DNA of 64,000 bases. It comes from Candidatus Altimarinota bacterium. GTDB lineage: Bacteria > Patescibacteriota > Gracilibacteria > UBA1369 > 2-02-FULL-48-14. This document shows, piece after piece, positions 8,222 through 17,719 of this stretch. The stretch's first letter is position 1, and each line of letters begins with the position of its first letter. The notes below the pieces were generated by a model, which saw nothing but the letters and a program-made list of their open reading frames with translations, had not been told where the DNA came from and made no database searches. Position numbers and translations under genes: made by a program. The stretch spans positions 1,607 through 65,606 of the forward strand of contig WFTC01000015.1 of the NCBI GenBank assembly GCA_015485665.1, written 5' to 3'.

Positions 8222-8428
8222 ATGAATGCTTTAATTGCACTGTTCTTAGTCATAGTAATTGCCGTATTTATGATATACAGCGGCATTTGCATAAAACATG
8301 CCGCGCGCTTTCGTTACCTTAGCGCGCGGACAGTTTATCTGACTTTGGCTTATGTCGCTCTCTCCACCATCGTGATCATGCTACTGATCGGCAGCTACAT
8401 TTTGTATGTATTTCTGCCAAGCAACTAA
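8222..8428 (+). CDS. small hypothetical membrane protein (68 aa)
   Basis: Two hydrophobic helices (ALFLVIVIAVFMIY, VALSTIVIMLLIGSYILYVF). There is no other support. Confidence 0.3.
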   Translation: MNALIALFLVIVIAVFMIYSGICIKHAARFRYLSARTVYLTLAYVALSTIVIMLLIGSYILYVFLPSN

Positions 8429-11274
8429 TTAAAAATACCTTCAGCAGCAAAAATAGGTAGATTCCCAGGTGCGGTATATTCCAAAATCACGGAAGGATAA
8501 TATGAAGCACTCACAGGAGAAGGGTCGCTTGCTGCATATTCGGCACCGTACTCAGAAAGAGATTCACCTTCATTGCACAGTTCCAAATCTGTTCCAAGCC
8601 CACCGGTTACCGGATCAGCAGCATAACAGAGCCTAAACTGACGAAGGGTCTCAATACTGCATTCTTTGGCTTGCTCTTTACTTAACTCCCTTCCATCACA
8701 ACTGTAATATCCAAGTTCATTATATACATCATCTTGATTTAAAGGAGTGCGAGCGCTGACACTTCCATTTATATAAAGCTGATTCTTCAATGCAGATAAA
8801 CGGTCAGCTTCATTAAGCCATAAAGGATATTTGTCATTATCATAATTGTTTGACTGATTCATAAGCTTGCCATCCGCAAAAATATTTACATAAAGATCTG
8901 TAACATCTGGATCAATATATACATTTCCTCCTACCCCATCTTCAGACAGAGCCACTATCCCAAGCCTACTATCTGTATTCCCAATATTACCGTTAATATA
9001 AACATCTCCACCTAAAACATAAAGAGTTGCTGAAGAGAAATTACGTGCCTCTTCAATATAAGCATCACCGTTTACATAATAAAGCCTACCTCCCATAAGG
9101 GTTTCACCTCCATCAAAAGACGAACTCCCGTTCAAATCCAAAGTAGCTTCAGATTCCGTTGATAAACCTAAAGTATAACGTGTGCCAAGCTCATAAAAAT
9201 TGTTTCTGATTTTTAAGGTCTCTTGAGCTCCGCCCTTATAAATAGTGTCAGAATCCGCCAAAGATTGACCTATAAAATCACTGGTAGACCCTTCAAACAA
9301 AGTTGCACCTGGGTCTGCATGCCTATCTAAAACAGGTAGATAAGCAACAAAGTAACAAGCTTCACCACTACCTCCTCGCTTTTGCAAAACTTGAGTAACC
9401 ACATTGTCACAAACCCACATTTCCGCTGTCGGATCAGATATATAATCAACTTCACTTAAAACAGGCTCATCACAAGGCGCCAACCTTGCGGCACATTCAT
9501 CGTCTCTCTGACCATAACCAATAGCATACTGCTCGCTATATATACCATCAGCTGTAAAATCAGCCACCTCTTCATAATAAGTAAAATTATCCGCAGGATC
9601 CGCAATATCACCAACAGGGTCCATAAGTAAATATATATCACCGGGATATGCTTCACGTTCAAAGTTTGTACCAGCATCTAACTGATAAACAATATTAAGC
9701 TCCGGATCAATTGCCGTTCCCAAAAACTTTTTTACCATTTGAGATGGCTCAAGACTGTAAGCACTTACATTCAAATACATATCACTTTGCTCAATATCTT
9801 CAGAAATGCTTGTCCATGTATCACCATCATATTCCGTATACAAACCATCCACAATAAAACGTGGACTAAAGCTCAGCTCCATTTGCCCAGGTGTGTAAAG
9901 ATAAGTATTCCCACCAAGACTTTTAAATGAATCATCACTTTGAAGTGCATAAGATGCACCGCTTTGCCCTCCTGATTGTTCTAAATCAATATAGAAAGTA
10001 ATGCTGTTTAAGAAAATATAGTTTCTGTCTTGAGATCGTTGATAGAAATAATCCCATTTCACATCGGGGTCCACCAAATTCTCAGAAGTAAAACTGGTAT
10101 CAGTTTTACAAGCCTTTGGTGGCGTAGAACCGGTATTTGTAATTTGATCCAAATAAATCCACAAACATCCATCACGATCCGTAGGCATTTCTTGAAGTGC
10201 ACCATTGACACTTTCATCCATCCACAGCATGTTGGAGGTGGGTCCGTAAGACCGTATGAAAGTATTGAACGTCACAGTTCCGTCCGACTTGGTCAAAATA
10301 CAATAATCGCCTGCGGTATTTTCACATTCTTTTGGATACCAAGCTGATACATCCACTGCGTTTTGCCTGTTTTTTACCTGATCAATAAATACATTGTCAT
10401 CAAGATTTAAAGACATGGTCAAACTACTGATATCACGCTCTTCCAAACTGCGACCGGTCACCATATCAACAAAATAAATGCCTACTCTCCAATAATCTAT
10501 CCCATTAGCTTGCGGAGCACTTGAGCGATCAACAGCACCCGGCGTGAGATTGGTATCATTCGCCTCAATTTCTACATAAGGCACAATAATCTGTGGCGGC
10601 AACTCCAAAGTCGTTGTGTCAAAAGCAATAAAACCATCACCATCTCCACGTATTTCAGCCAAATAATCACTCCAAGCAAAACCTGTAGTTGCACCGGTAT
10701 TCATATCCGTATTCACCCAATAATCAGACTCATTTCCAAGCATACTCGGATCACAATTTGGTGTATCTTGACAAGTCCAATCAAACCATACAAAGCTCTG
10801 ATTAAATGGAACCGAAGGACTAAGGATTTTCCCATAACCGGACCATTGACCGGTAGTCAAATCAACTTGTACTCTTTGCTCAGGCGAAATGGATTGCGGG
10901 GCAAAATCAACTACAATATCTTCTCCACTCTCCGCAACAAAAGTTACATAAGAATCAAAATCAAAACTATCATAAAAAGTGCCGGTCAAAGCTCCTGAAA
11001 AAGCATCTAAACAGGCCTGCTCATCATTATCTTGATCTTTGAAATTCACACGATAACCTTTATAAGCAATAGCAATGTCTTGCATAAAACCGCAATTATC
11101 ATCTACTTCATAACCACTTCCTCCTTCTTTTTCCGGAACATCCGTAGAACTGGAAGAGCCAAGCCCCGAATTTAATGCCAAACTTATGCTCCATGAGGAA
11201 AACAAAGCTAAAAACAAAGCTAAAAGTGAGACTGTAAATCTGCGCTGCAGATTTTTAATATAAATAAATTTCAT
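8425..11274 (-). CDS. large secreted protein of unknown function (949 aa)
   Basis: N-terminal signal peptide (TVSLLALFLALFSSWSISLA). Many paired Cys. The C-terminal third has beta-helix-like repeats (GGDVYINGNIG, GGNVYIDPDVT, LYINGSVS). I recognise no family motif. Confidence 0.6.
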   Translation of the reverse strand: MKFIYIKNLQRRFTVSLLALFLALFSSWSISLALNSGLGSSSSTDVPEKEGGSGYEVDDNCGFMQDIAIAYKGYRVNFKDQDNDEQACLDAFSGALTGTFYDSFDFDSYVTFVAESGEDIVVDFAPQSISPEQRVQVDLTTGQWSGYGKILSPSVPFNQSFVWFDWTCQDTPNCDPSMLGNESDYWVNTDMNTGATTGFAWSDYLAEIRGDGDGFIAFDTTTLELPPQIIVPYVEIEANDTNLTPGAVDRSSAPQANGIDYWRVGIYFVDMVTGRSLEERDISSLTMSLNLDDNVFIDQVKNRQNAVDVSAWYPKECENTAGDYCILTKSDGTVTFNTFIRSYGPTSNMLWMDESVNGALQEMPTDRDGCLWIYLDQITNTGSTPPKACKTDTSFTSENLVDPDVKWDYFYQRSQDRNYIFLNSITFYIDLEQSGGQSGASYALQSDDSFKSLGGNTYLYTPGQMELSFSPRFIVDGLYTEYDGDTWTSISEDIEQSDMYLNVSAYSLEPSQMVKKFLGTAIDPELNIVYQLDAGTNFEREAYPGDIYLLMDPVGDIADPADNFTYYEEVADFTADGIYSEQYAIGYGQRDDECAARLAPCDEPVLSEVDYISDPTAEMWVCDNVVTQVLQKRGGSGEACYFVAYLPVLDRHADPGATLFEGSTSDFIGQSLADSDTIYKGGAQETLKIRNNFYELGTRYTLGLSTESEATLDLNGSSSFDGGETLMGGRLYYVNGDAYIEEARNFSSATLYVLGGDVYINGNIGNTDSRLGIVALSEDGVGGNVYIDPDVTDLYVNIFADGKLMNQSNNYDNDKYPLWLNEADRLSALKNQLYINGSVSARTPLNQDDVYNELGYYSCDGRELSKEQAKECSIETLRQFRLCYAADPVTGGLGTDLELCNEGESLSEYGAEYAASDPSPVSASYYPSVILEYTAPGNLPIFAAEGIFN

Positions 11275-11313
11275 GGAAAGCGTGGATCAATAATTATTCA
11301 CTTTGGAGTTTAC

Positions 11314-13602
11314 CTATTTCTTCTTCCTACGAAAAGTTTTCTTGACTGGCGCATTGGCAATAATACTTTCACAATCCTTTAAAGTAAGTTTTTCCGCCTC
11401 ATATTCTTTGGGGATTTTAACATTACGCTTATTAATTTTAATATAAGGTCCGTAAGGACCATTTAAAACTCTTATGTTTTGCTTTGGAAATTCGGCAATT
11501 ACAGCTTTAGCTTTTGCTTTTTCCGCTTCTTCAACAAGCCTTAAAGCTCTCTCTAAATCTATTGTATAAGGATCCTCTTCTTTAAGAGAGGTATAACTCT
11601 TACCTATTTTCACATAAGGTCCATAACGACCTATGTTGACCATCACATCCTCACCTTCCTCATTCTGCCCAAGAACTCTAGGCAGGTCAAAAAGATGCAA
11701 AACATCTTCCATTTCTACGTCTTGTATACTCTTGCCCTCAGGCAGTGAAGCGAATTTGGGCTTTTCTTCATCCTCTTTATCCCCCATTTGGACCATTGGA
11801 CCGAATCTGCCTATTCTGACACTGATAACCTTGCCAGACTTTGGATCTTTTCCAAGCACACGTGTTTGTGAAGCTTCTTCTCTGGTCACTGTCTTCTCTT
11901 TTTCCTCTACTCTCTTATGAAAAGGTTGATAAAAGTCTTTGATTTCAGATTGCCAGCTTTGCTTTCCATCCTCTACATCATCAAGCATTTCTTCCATTTT
12001 AACAGTAAATTTGTAATCTACGATTTGTGGGAAATGCTCTACCAAAAAATCAGTAACAATAAAACCTATATCCTTTGGCTTCAGTTGCCTGCCTTCTTTC
12101 TCAATATAACCCCGCGACTGCACTGTGGAAATTGTGGGAGCATAGGTTGAAGGTCTTCCTATCCCCTCAGATTCAAGCTTCTTTACTAAACTGGCCTCTG
12201 TATATCTTGCAGGCGGTTTGGTAAAATGCTGAGATGGCGTGATTTTTTTTAAGGCAGGATATTCTCCTTTGGAAAGTGGAGGCAAAATAGACTCTTTATC
12301 ATCATCAGAGCTTATCTCATCTTCATCTTTCCCCTCAGTATAAACTTTTATAAATCCAGGAAATTTAATGCTTTGACCTGTAGCTCTAAAACTGTAATTT
12401 TTTGCTTCAATCGTAACTCCAACTTTATCAAAAATAGCCTCCTTCATCTGACAAGCAAGAGTTCTCTTCCATATCAGTTCGTAAAGCCTATACTGATCTT
12501 TATCAAGATATTTTTTCAAAAATTCAGGCTTGCGCGCCAAACTTGTCGGACGAATAGCTTCATGCGCTTCTTGCGCTCCTTTGGAGGACTTATAAAAACG
12601 AGGCGTATCAAGAGAATATTCCTCGCCGAATTGTTCCTTTATAATTTCCCGCGCTTCATTCAATGCCGTTTTTGCAAGATTTACCGAATCCGTACGCATA
12701 TATGTGATAAGCCCCTCATGCCCTGAATCAAGATCAACCCCTTCATAAAGGCGCTGTGCCACCACCATTGTTTTCCTCACTGAAAAACCAAGTTTTCGTG
12801 CAGCTTCTTGCTGCAAAGTGGAGGTTGTAAAAGGAGGTGCGGGATTTCGTTTGCTTTGTTTTTTTTCAACAGAAGTAATCTTATATTGAGCGCCATCCAA
12901 ATCTTGCAAAATTTTATCTGTTTCCTCTTTGGAGGAAGGAAGAATTTTTTTCCCCTCTTTTTTTAACAATTTTGCCGTAAAAGCCCTCTTGCTCTTTTCA
13001 GATGTAAAAGTCGCAACAACAGACCAATACTCTTGAGGCTCAAAAGCCTGAATTGCCCGCTCACGCTCCACAATTAAACGCAAAGCAACGCTTTGAACTC
13101 GCCCTGCGGACAATCCATATTTAATTTTTTTCCAAAGCAAAGGCGAAAGAGAATAACCAACCAAACGATCCAAAACGCGGCGAGCCTGCTGGGCATTAAC
13201 TTTGTTCATGTTTATTTCTCTTGGGTGAGCAACTGCCGCTTCAATGGCAGACTTGGTGATTTCATGGAAAACAATACGCTTCACTTTATCTCTTTCATCT
13301 ACCCCCAAAGCCTGCAACAAATGCCAACCTATAGCCTCCCCTTCTCTATCTTCATCCGTTGCAATCCAAATTTTTGTATCTTTACCTATCTTTGATTTCA
13401 AATCTTTGATCACTTTTTTCTTATCCGGAGAGATCACATAAATGGGAGTAAAGTCTTTTTCAATATCAACTCCCATATTTGACTTCGGCAAATTACGCAC
13501 ATGCCCCATTGAAGCCATCACCTTATAATTTTTACCTAAAAATTTAGAAATGCTTTTTATCTTACCGGGGGACTCAACAATAACAAGATTTTGAACAGGC
13601 AT
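11314..13602 (-). CDS. topA: DNA topoisomerase I
   Basis: Toprim start LVIVESPGK, then MGHVRNLP, the active-site region ITYMRTDS, and C-terminal Cys-less repeats (GRYGPYVK, GPYGPYIK). The ATG at 13602 is preferred over the TTG at 13608. Confidence 0.95.
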   Translation of the reverse strand: MPVQNLVIVESPGKIKSISKFLGKNYKVMASMGHVRNLPKSNMGVDIEKDFTPIYVISPDKKKVIKDLKSKIGKDTKIWIATDEDREGEAIGWHLLQALGVDERDKVKRIVFHEITKSAIEAAVAHPREINMNKVNAQQARRVLDRLVGYSLSPLLWKKIKYGLSAGRVQSVALRLIVERERAIQAFEPQEYWSVVATFTSEKSKRAFTAKLLKKEGKKILPSSKEETDKILQDLDGAQYKITSVEKKQSKRNPAPPFTTSTLQQEAARKLGFSVRKTMVVAQRLYEGVDLDSGHEGLITYMRTDSVNLAKTALNEAREIIKEQFGEEYSLDTPRFYKSSKGAQEAHEAIRPTSLARKPEFLKKYLDKDQYRLYELIWKRTLACQMKEAIFDKVGVTIEAKNYSFRATGQSIKFPGFIKVYTEGKDEDEISSDDDKESILPPLSKGEYPALKKITPSQHFTKPPARYTEASLVKKLESEGIGRPSTYAPTISTVQSRGYIEKEGRQLKPKDIGFIVTDFLVEHFPQIVDYKFTVKMEEMLDDVEDGKQSWQSEIKDFYQPFHKRVEEKEKTVTREEASQTRVLGKDPKSGKVISVRIGRFGPMVQMGDKEDEEKPKFASLPEGKSIQDVEMEDVLHLFDLPRVLGQNEEGEDVMVNIGRYGPYVKIGKSYTSLKEEDPYTIDLERALRLVEEAEKAKAKAVIAEFPKQNIRVLNGPYGPYIKINKRNVKIPKEYEAEKLTLKDCESIIANAPVKKTFRRKKK

Positions 13603-13815
13603 GAACAATATTTAAAATGCAAAAACTATCAAAAAGCAAAAGTGCATCAATTTCAATAGTCAAACATCAAAATGACAAGAAAATCTTAATACAAGACAGA
13701 CTAGATCCACAACCTCAAGCGACTAAGATGGCAAGCGCAAAGGGTATTTTTGCCTTGTGCAAAGCTAAAAAGCGGCATTAAATTAACTCTGCCATTTTTT
13801 TAACCCCACGTCATT

Positions 13816-14091
13816 ATGACTAAGAGTGACCTTATCGCAATTGCGGCACAAGCCGCTAAACTCACCAAAAAAGACGCAGGTATAGCTTTGGATGCTATAC
13901 TTGAAGCAATCACTGCCGAACTTGCAAAAGGCAAGAGTGTGACCATCACCGGATTTGGAACTTTCCGCGTATCCAAACGTGCTGCACGCACGGGAGTAAA
14001 CCCACGAAACACGTCTGAAAAGATCAATATTCCCGCCATGAACCTCCCTGCATTCAAAGCCGGAAAAACTTTGAAAGATGCTGTTCGCTGA
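13816..14091 (+). CDS. hup: HU family DNA-binding protein
   Basis: 91 aa, GFGTFRVSKRAARTGVNPRT-like arm (GFGTFRVSKRAARTGVNPRN), ending AFKAGKTLKDAV. Confidence 0.95.
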   Translation: MTKSDLIAIAAQAAKLTKKDAGIALDAILEAITAELAKGKSVTITGFGTFRVSKRAARTGVNPRNTSEKINIPAMNLPAFKAGKTLKDAVR

Positions 14092-14126
14092 CATAAATCA
14101 GCACAAATGAATGAAAGTTAATTAAA

Positions 14127-14169
14127 ATATGTAAAAAGCACTCTGTTTTATCTGAGGCTTTTTACATAT
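14127..14169 (+). terminator. hairpin terminator after hup
   Basis: A 13-bp inverted repeat atatgtaaaaagc / gctttttacatat with a 17-nt loop, followed by a T-rich tract. Confidence 0.55.
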
Positions 14170-14229
14170 TTTACAAGCTTTTTTGCTCTAGGCTTGGCTA
14201 CTTTGAGGCAAGGCGTTACAATACCGACA

Positions 14230-15270
14230 ATGAGTACAGACATAAACCAACTTCGTTCAGAGGCTTTAGAGGCTGTAAATGCGTCTCCAGATCTTGAATC
14301 TCTCAAAGAAACAGAGCGCAGCTTTCTTGGGAAAAATGGGCGTATAACCGACCTGCTTAAAAAGGTAAAAGGCTTGACTTTGGAGGAAAAGAAAAGTTTT
14401 GGGAAGGCTGTAAATACTTTAAAGCACGAATTAAAACAGAGCATTATCTCAAAAAAGAAAAATTTGGAGCAACTCCAAGTAGAAACTCAGCTTGAAAAAG
14501 ATTGGATAGACTTAAGTGCACCAGGAAAGCGTAGACAAAGTGGACACATACACCCCTTAGCGCAAGTGCAAAAAGAAGTTGAATCCATATTCCAACAAAT
14601 GGGCTTCAGCATAATAGACGGACCTGAAATTGAAAGTGAATTTTATAACTTTGAAGCCTTAAATATAGCACCTCATCATCCTGCAAGAGACATGCAAGAT
14701 ACTTTTTTTATAGACAAAGCCGCAGATGAAAAAGAGGGTAGATTGGTGCTGCGCACACACACATCTCCAAATCAAGTAAGGACTATGCTTAAATGGGGCG
14801 CTCCTCTTAGGGTTATTATTCCGGGCCGTGTATTTAGAAACGAAGCACTGGACGCATCTCATGAACACACCTTTGATCAAGTGGAAGGATTGTTGATAGA
14901 CAAAAACATTTCAATCGCACATATGAAAGGCATAATGCAAGAATTTTTAGCCGGACTCTTTCGTAAAGAAATGAAAGTGCGATTCAGGCCAGGTTACTTT
15001 CCTTTTGTGGAGCCGGGCATTGAGCTGGATATGTCTTGTGTGTTTTGCGATGGCAAAGGATGTTCAACTTGCAAAAAAAGCGGATGGATAGAATTTATGG
15101 GTTCAGGGATGGTACATCCGAACGTATTGAAGGCCGGCGGAGTCAATCCTGAAGAATATCAAGGTTGGGCCTTTGGCTTTGGGCTTACTCGCTTAACCAT
15201 GATGCGTTACGGCATTAATGATATTCGCCACCTCACCTGTGGAGACCTTAGAATCAATAAACAATTTTAA
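14230..15270 (+). CDS. pheS: phenylalanine--tRNA ligase alpha subunit
   Basis: Class II motifs (HPARDMQDTFF, LRTHTSP, FRPGYFPFVEPG, GFGLTRLTM). The ATG at 14230 is preferred over the upstream TTG. Confidence 0.95.
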   Translation: MSTDINQLRSEALEAVNASPDLESLKETERSFLGKNGRITDLLKKVKGLTLEEKKSFGKAVNTLKHELKQSIISKKKNLEQLQVETQLEKDWIDLSAPGKRRQSGHIHPLAQVQKEVESIFQQMGFSIIDGPEIESEFYNFEALNIAPHHPARDMQDTFFIDKAADEKEGRLVLRTHTSPNQVRTMLKWGAPLRVIIPGRVFRNEALDASHEHTFDQVEGLLIDKNISIAHMKGIMQEFLAGLFRKEMKVRFRPGYFPFVEPGIELDMSCVFCDGKGCSTCKKSGWIEFMGSGMVHPNVLKAGGVNPEEYQGWAFGFGLTRLTMMRYGINDIRHLTCGDLRINKQF

Positions 15271-17709
15271 ATGAAGATTTCTGTAGATTGGGTAGAAGAT
15301 TTTGTAGACATACCAAAGGACATAAGTCCTGAGGATATTGCAAAGTGCATCACAAAACACACGGCGGAAGTGGAAGGAGCATTGTTGTTGGAGAAACGTT
15401 ATAAAAATATAGTTATAGGTATAATAAAAAAGCTGCAAAAACATCCTAAAGCTGACCGCCTTAATTTGACTCTTGTAGATATAGGCAAAGACGAGCCTGT
15501 ACAAATTGTATGCGGAGGGCAAAATCTTTATGAAGGAATGCGAGTAGCGGTTGCGCTTCCGGGGGCACTTGTAAATTTGCACGGTGAAGATTTGCTTGAG
15601 ATAAAAAAAACTAAAATACGTGATGAAGAAAGTAATGGCATGATTTGTGCGGGAGAAGAAATTTGGCTTAAACCGGACAATGATCCACAGGCTCAAGAAG
15701 AGATAAAAATAAAAGATTTGTCTCATTTGCATGTCAATGCCGGCACATCTTTATCCAAGGCACTGAACATTAAAGGATTGCTTTTAGATATAGACAATAA
15801 ATCTCTCACTCATCGTCCGGATTTATGGGGGCATTACGGATTTGCCAGAGAATTTAGCGCTATTTGGTCTCGTCCGTTGCGCTCTTTAAATGATTTACTT
15901 TTTGACGGAAAAGAAGGTGATGTAAGCATGAAGGTAAGAATAGAGCAGCCGCAGGTATGTCCACGCTTTTCCGCTTGTATTGTAAGCGGAATAAAAATTG
16001 AAGCCTCTCCTCAATGGATGCAAAGCAGATTGGAGCTTGCCGGAATGAAAGCCATAAATAATATTGTGGACATTAGCAATTATGTAATGCTTGAGCTCGG
16101 TCAACCCATGCACGCCTACGATAGACGCGAAATAGAAGGTGACGAATTAATTGTCGGATTGGGAAAAAAGGAGGCAAAGCTAATGACACTTGATGGCAAT
16201 GAACATACTTTACATGAAGAAGACCCTGTTATTTACAATAGAAAGGGAGAAGCTTTGATTTTAGCCGGAATAAAGGGTGGTATGAAATCAGGAATTCAAG
16301 AAGATACACAAGAAATTATCCTTGAAGCGGCAAACTGGAATCCGGTAATGATTCGTAAAGCTTCAACTCGGCACCAACTGCGCACGGACGCCTCTCAAAG
16401 ATTTGAAAAAGGTTTGGATCCGTCAATGACTGAAATTGCAGTCAGACGTGCTTTAAAGCTGATTATGCAAATATGTCCGGATGCCAAATTGATAAGTCCA
16501 ATTGAAAACTTTGGGTCATGGAAGGAAAATAAACTGAACATAAAGGTAAGTCCAAAAAATTTATGTTCAAAAATAGGACTGCAAATTCCGAGAGAAGATA
16601 TGATTCAAATATTAAGATCGCTTGGCTTTGGAGTGGAAAGTGAAGGAGAGAATCTAAGAGTTGAAGTTCCTTCTCACAGATCCGGTAGAGATATAAACAT
16701 AAAAGAAGATATTATGGAAGAAATTGCACGAATATACGGATACGAAAAAATCCCAGCTCTGCTTCCAAATTTGCCAAGCAAACTGCCGCAACAAAACACC
16801 ATCAGGTTTTACGAACATAAAACACGCAATCTTTTGGCTTTTCTATTGGGATATACCGAAATTCTCACCTATTCTTTTTACGGATTGGATCCTTTGAAGG
16901 CATGCAGGCTTGAAGAAAAAGCTCATATGCGAGTTTTAAACTATCTTTCTGAAGATCAGTCTCACATGCGAATTAGCATGGTGCCAAATATACTTGCCGT
17001 AATTGGAAAAAACCAACGTAGACATTCTCTTGTAAAAATATTTGAAATAGGTCGCACTTATAAAGAAAGTGGGAAATATATGCCTCTGGAAGAAAAAAAA
17101 TTGATTATGGCAATCGCCAAAAAAGAAGAGCCTTTCTATGACATGAAAGGTGCTTTGGAAGATTATCTTGTTGCAATGGGCTTGTCATCTTACAAATTGG
17201 AACCTTGCCAAGATCCACCAAATTTCGCACATCCTAAAAAATGCCTGAGTATAAATGTGCGTGGACAAAAAGTGGGTTATATGTTCAATGTTCATCCGGG
17301 CGTGCTGAATGAATTTGACATTGAAAAAAGTGTAGCAATGACTGAATTGAATTTTGATAAATTATTAAGCCGAGGTATTGATGAACACAAATTTAAAGAA
17401 CCTCCCAAATTCCCCGGTATAAGCTTTGACATCTCTATTTTGGTGGACAAAAAAATGGAATCTGGCTCTTTACTAAAAAAATTAAAATCTTTGGACGGAC
17501 TAATTGAATCCGTTGAGATATTTGATATCTACGAAGGTGGAGAGTTGGCGCAAGAAAAAAAATCCATAACTTATCGCTTTAAACTGCAACACAAAGATCG
17601 CACTCTTACAGATCAAGAGTTTAAAACTGTACAAAGTAAAGTAATAGACTTCCTAGGAGACTTGGGGGCAGCGCTTAGGGGTGCTTGCGCTAAACCTGAA
17701 AAATGCTAA
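15271..17709 (+). CDS. pheT: phenylalanine--tRNA ligase beta subunit
   Basis: It starts directly after the pheS stop. It has an N-terminal tRNA-binding domain (HPKADRL..VDIG), B3/4 and B5 regions and a C-terminal FDX-ACB-like domain. Size 812 aa. Confidence 0.9.
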   Translation: MKISVDWVEDFVDIPKDISPEDIAKCITKHTAEVEGALLLEKRYKNIVIGIIKKLQKHPKADRLNLTLVDIGKDEPVQIVCGGQNLYEGMRVAVALPGALVNLHGEDLLEIKKTKIRDEESNGMICAGEEIWLKPDNDPQAQEEIKIKDLSHLHVNAGTSLSKALNIKGLLLDIDNKSLTHRPDLWGHYGFAREFSAIWSRPLRSLNDLLFDGKEGDVSMKVRIEQPQVCPRFSACIVSGIKIEASPQWMQSRLELAGMKAINNIVDISNYVMLELGQPMHAYDRREIEGDELIVGLGKKEAKLMTLDGNEHTLHEEDPVIYNRKGEALILAGIKGGMKSGIQEDTQEIILEAANWNPVMIRKASTRHQLRTDASQRFEKGLDPSMTEIAVRRALKLIMQICPDAKLISPIENFGSWKENKLNIKVSPKNLCSKIGLQIPREDMIQILRSLGFGVESEGENLRVEVPSHRSGRDINIKEDIMEEIARIYGYEKIPALLPNLPSKLPQQNTIRFYEHKTRNLLAFLLGYTEILTYSFYGLDPLKACRLEEKAHMRVLNYLSEDQSHMRISMVPNILAVIGKNQRRHSLVKIFEIGRTYKESGKYMPLEEKKLIMAIAKKEEPFYDMKGALEDYLVAMGLSSYKLEPCQDPPNFAHPKKCLSINVRGQKVGYMFNVHPGVLNEFDIEKSVAMTELNFDKLLSRGIDEHKFKEPPKFPGISFDISILVDKKMESGSLLKKLKSLDGLIESVEIFDIYEGGELAQEKKSITYRFKLQHKDRTLTDQEFKTVQSKVIDFLGDLGAALRGACAKPEKC

Positions 17710-17719
17710 AATTGGCGAG

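Noticed and set aside
13783-14094. Two minus-strand ORFs (103 and 85 aa) overlapping hup
   Set aside because: The plus-strand frame encodes a canonical HU protein. The antisense ORFs have no motifs.
14092-14229. T-box or other leader upstream of pheS
   Set aside because: The spacer is only 138 nt and is largely occupied by the hup terminator. There is no specifier-loop/T-box (AGGGUGGNACCGCG-like) sequence.
15193-15732. Minus-strand 179-aa ORF
   Set aside because: It is antisense to the pheS/pheT junction, and its Phe/Tyr/Ile-rich composition is typical of AT-rich noise.
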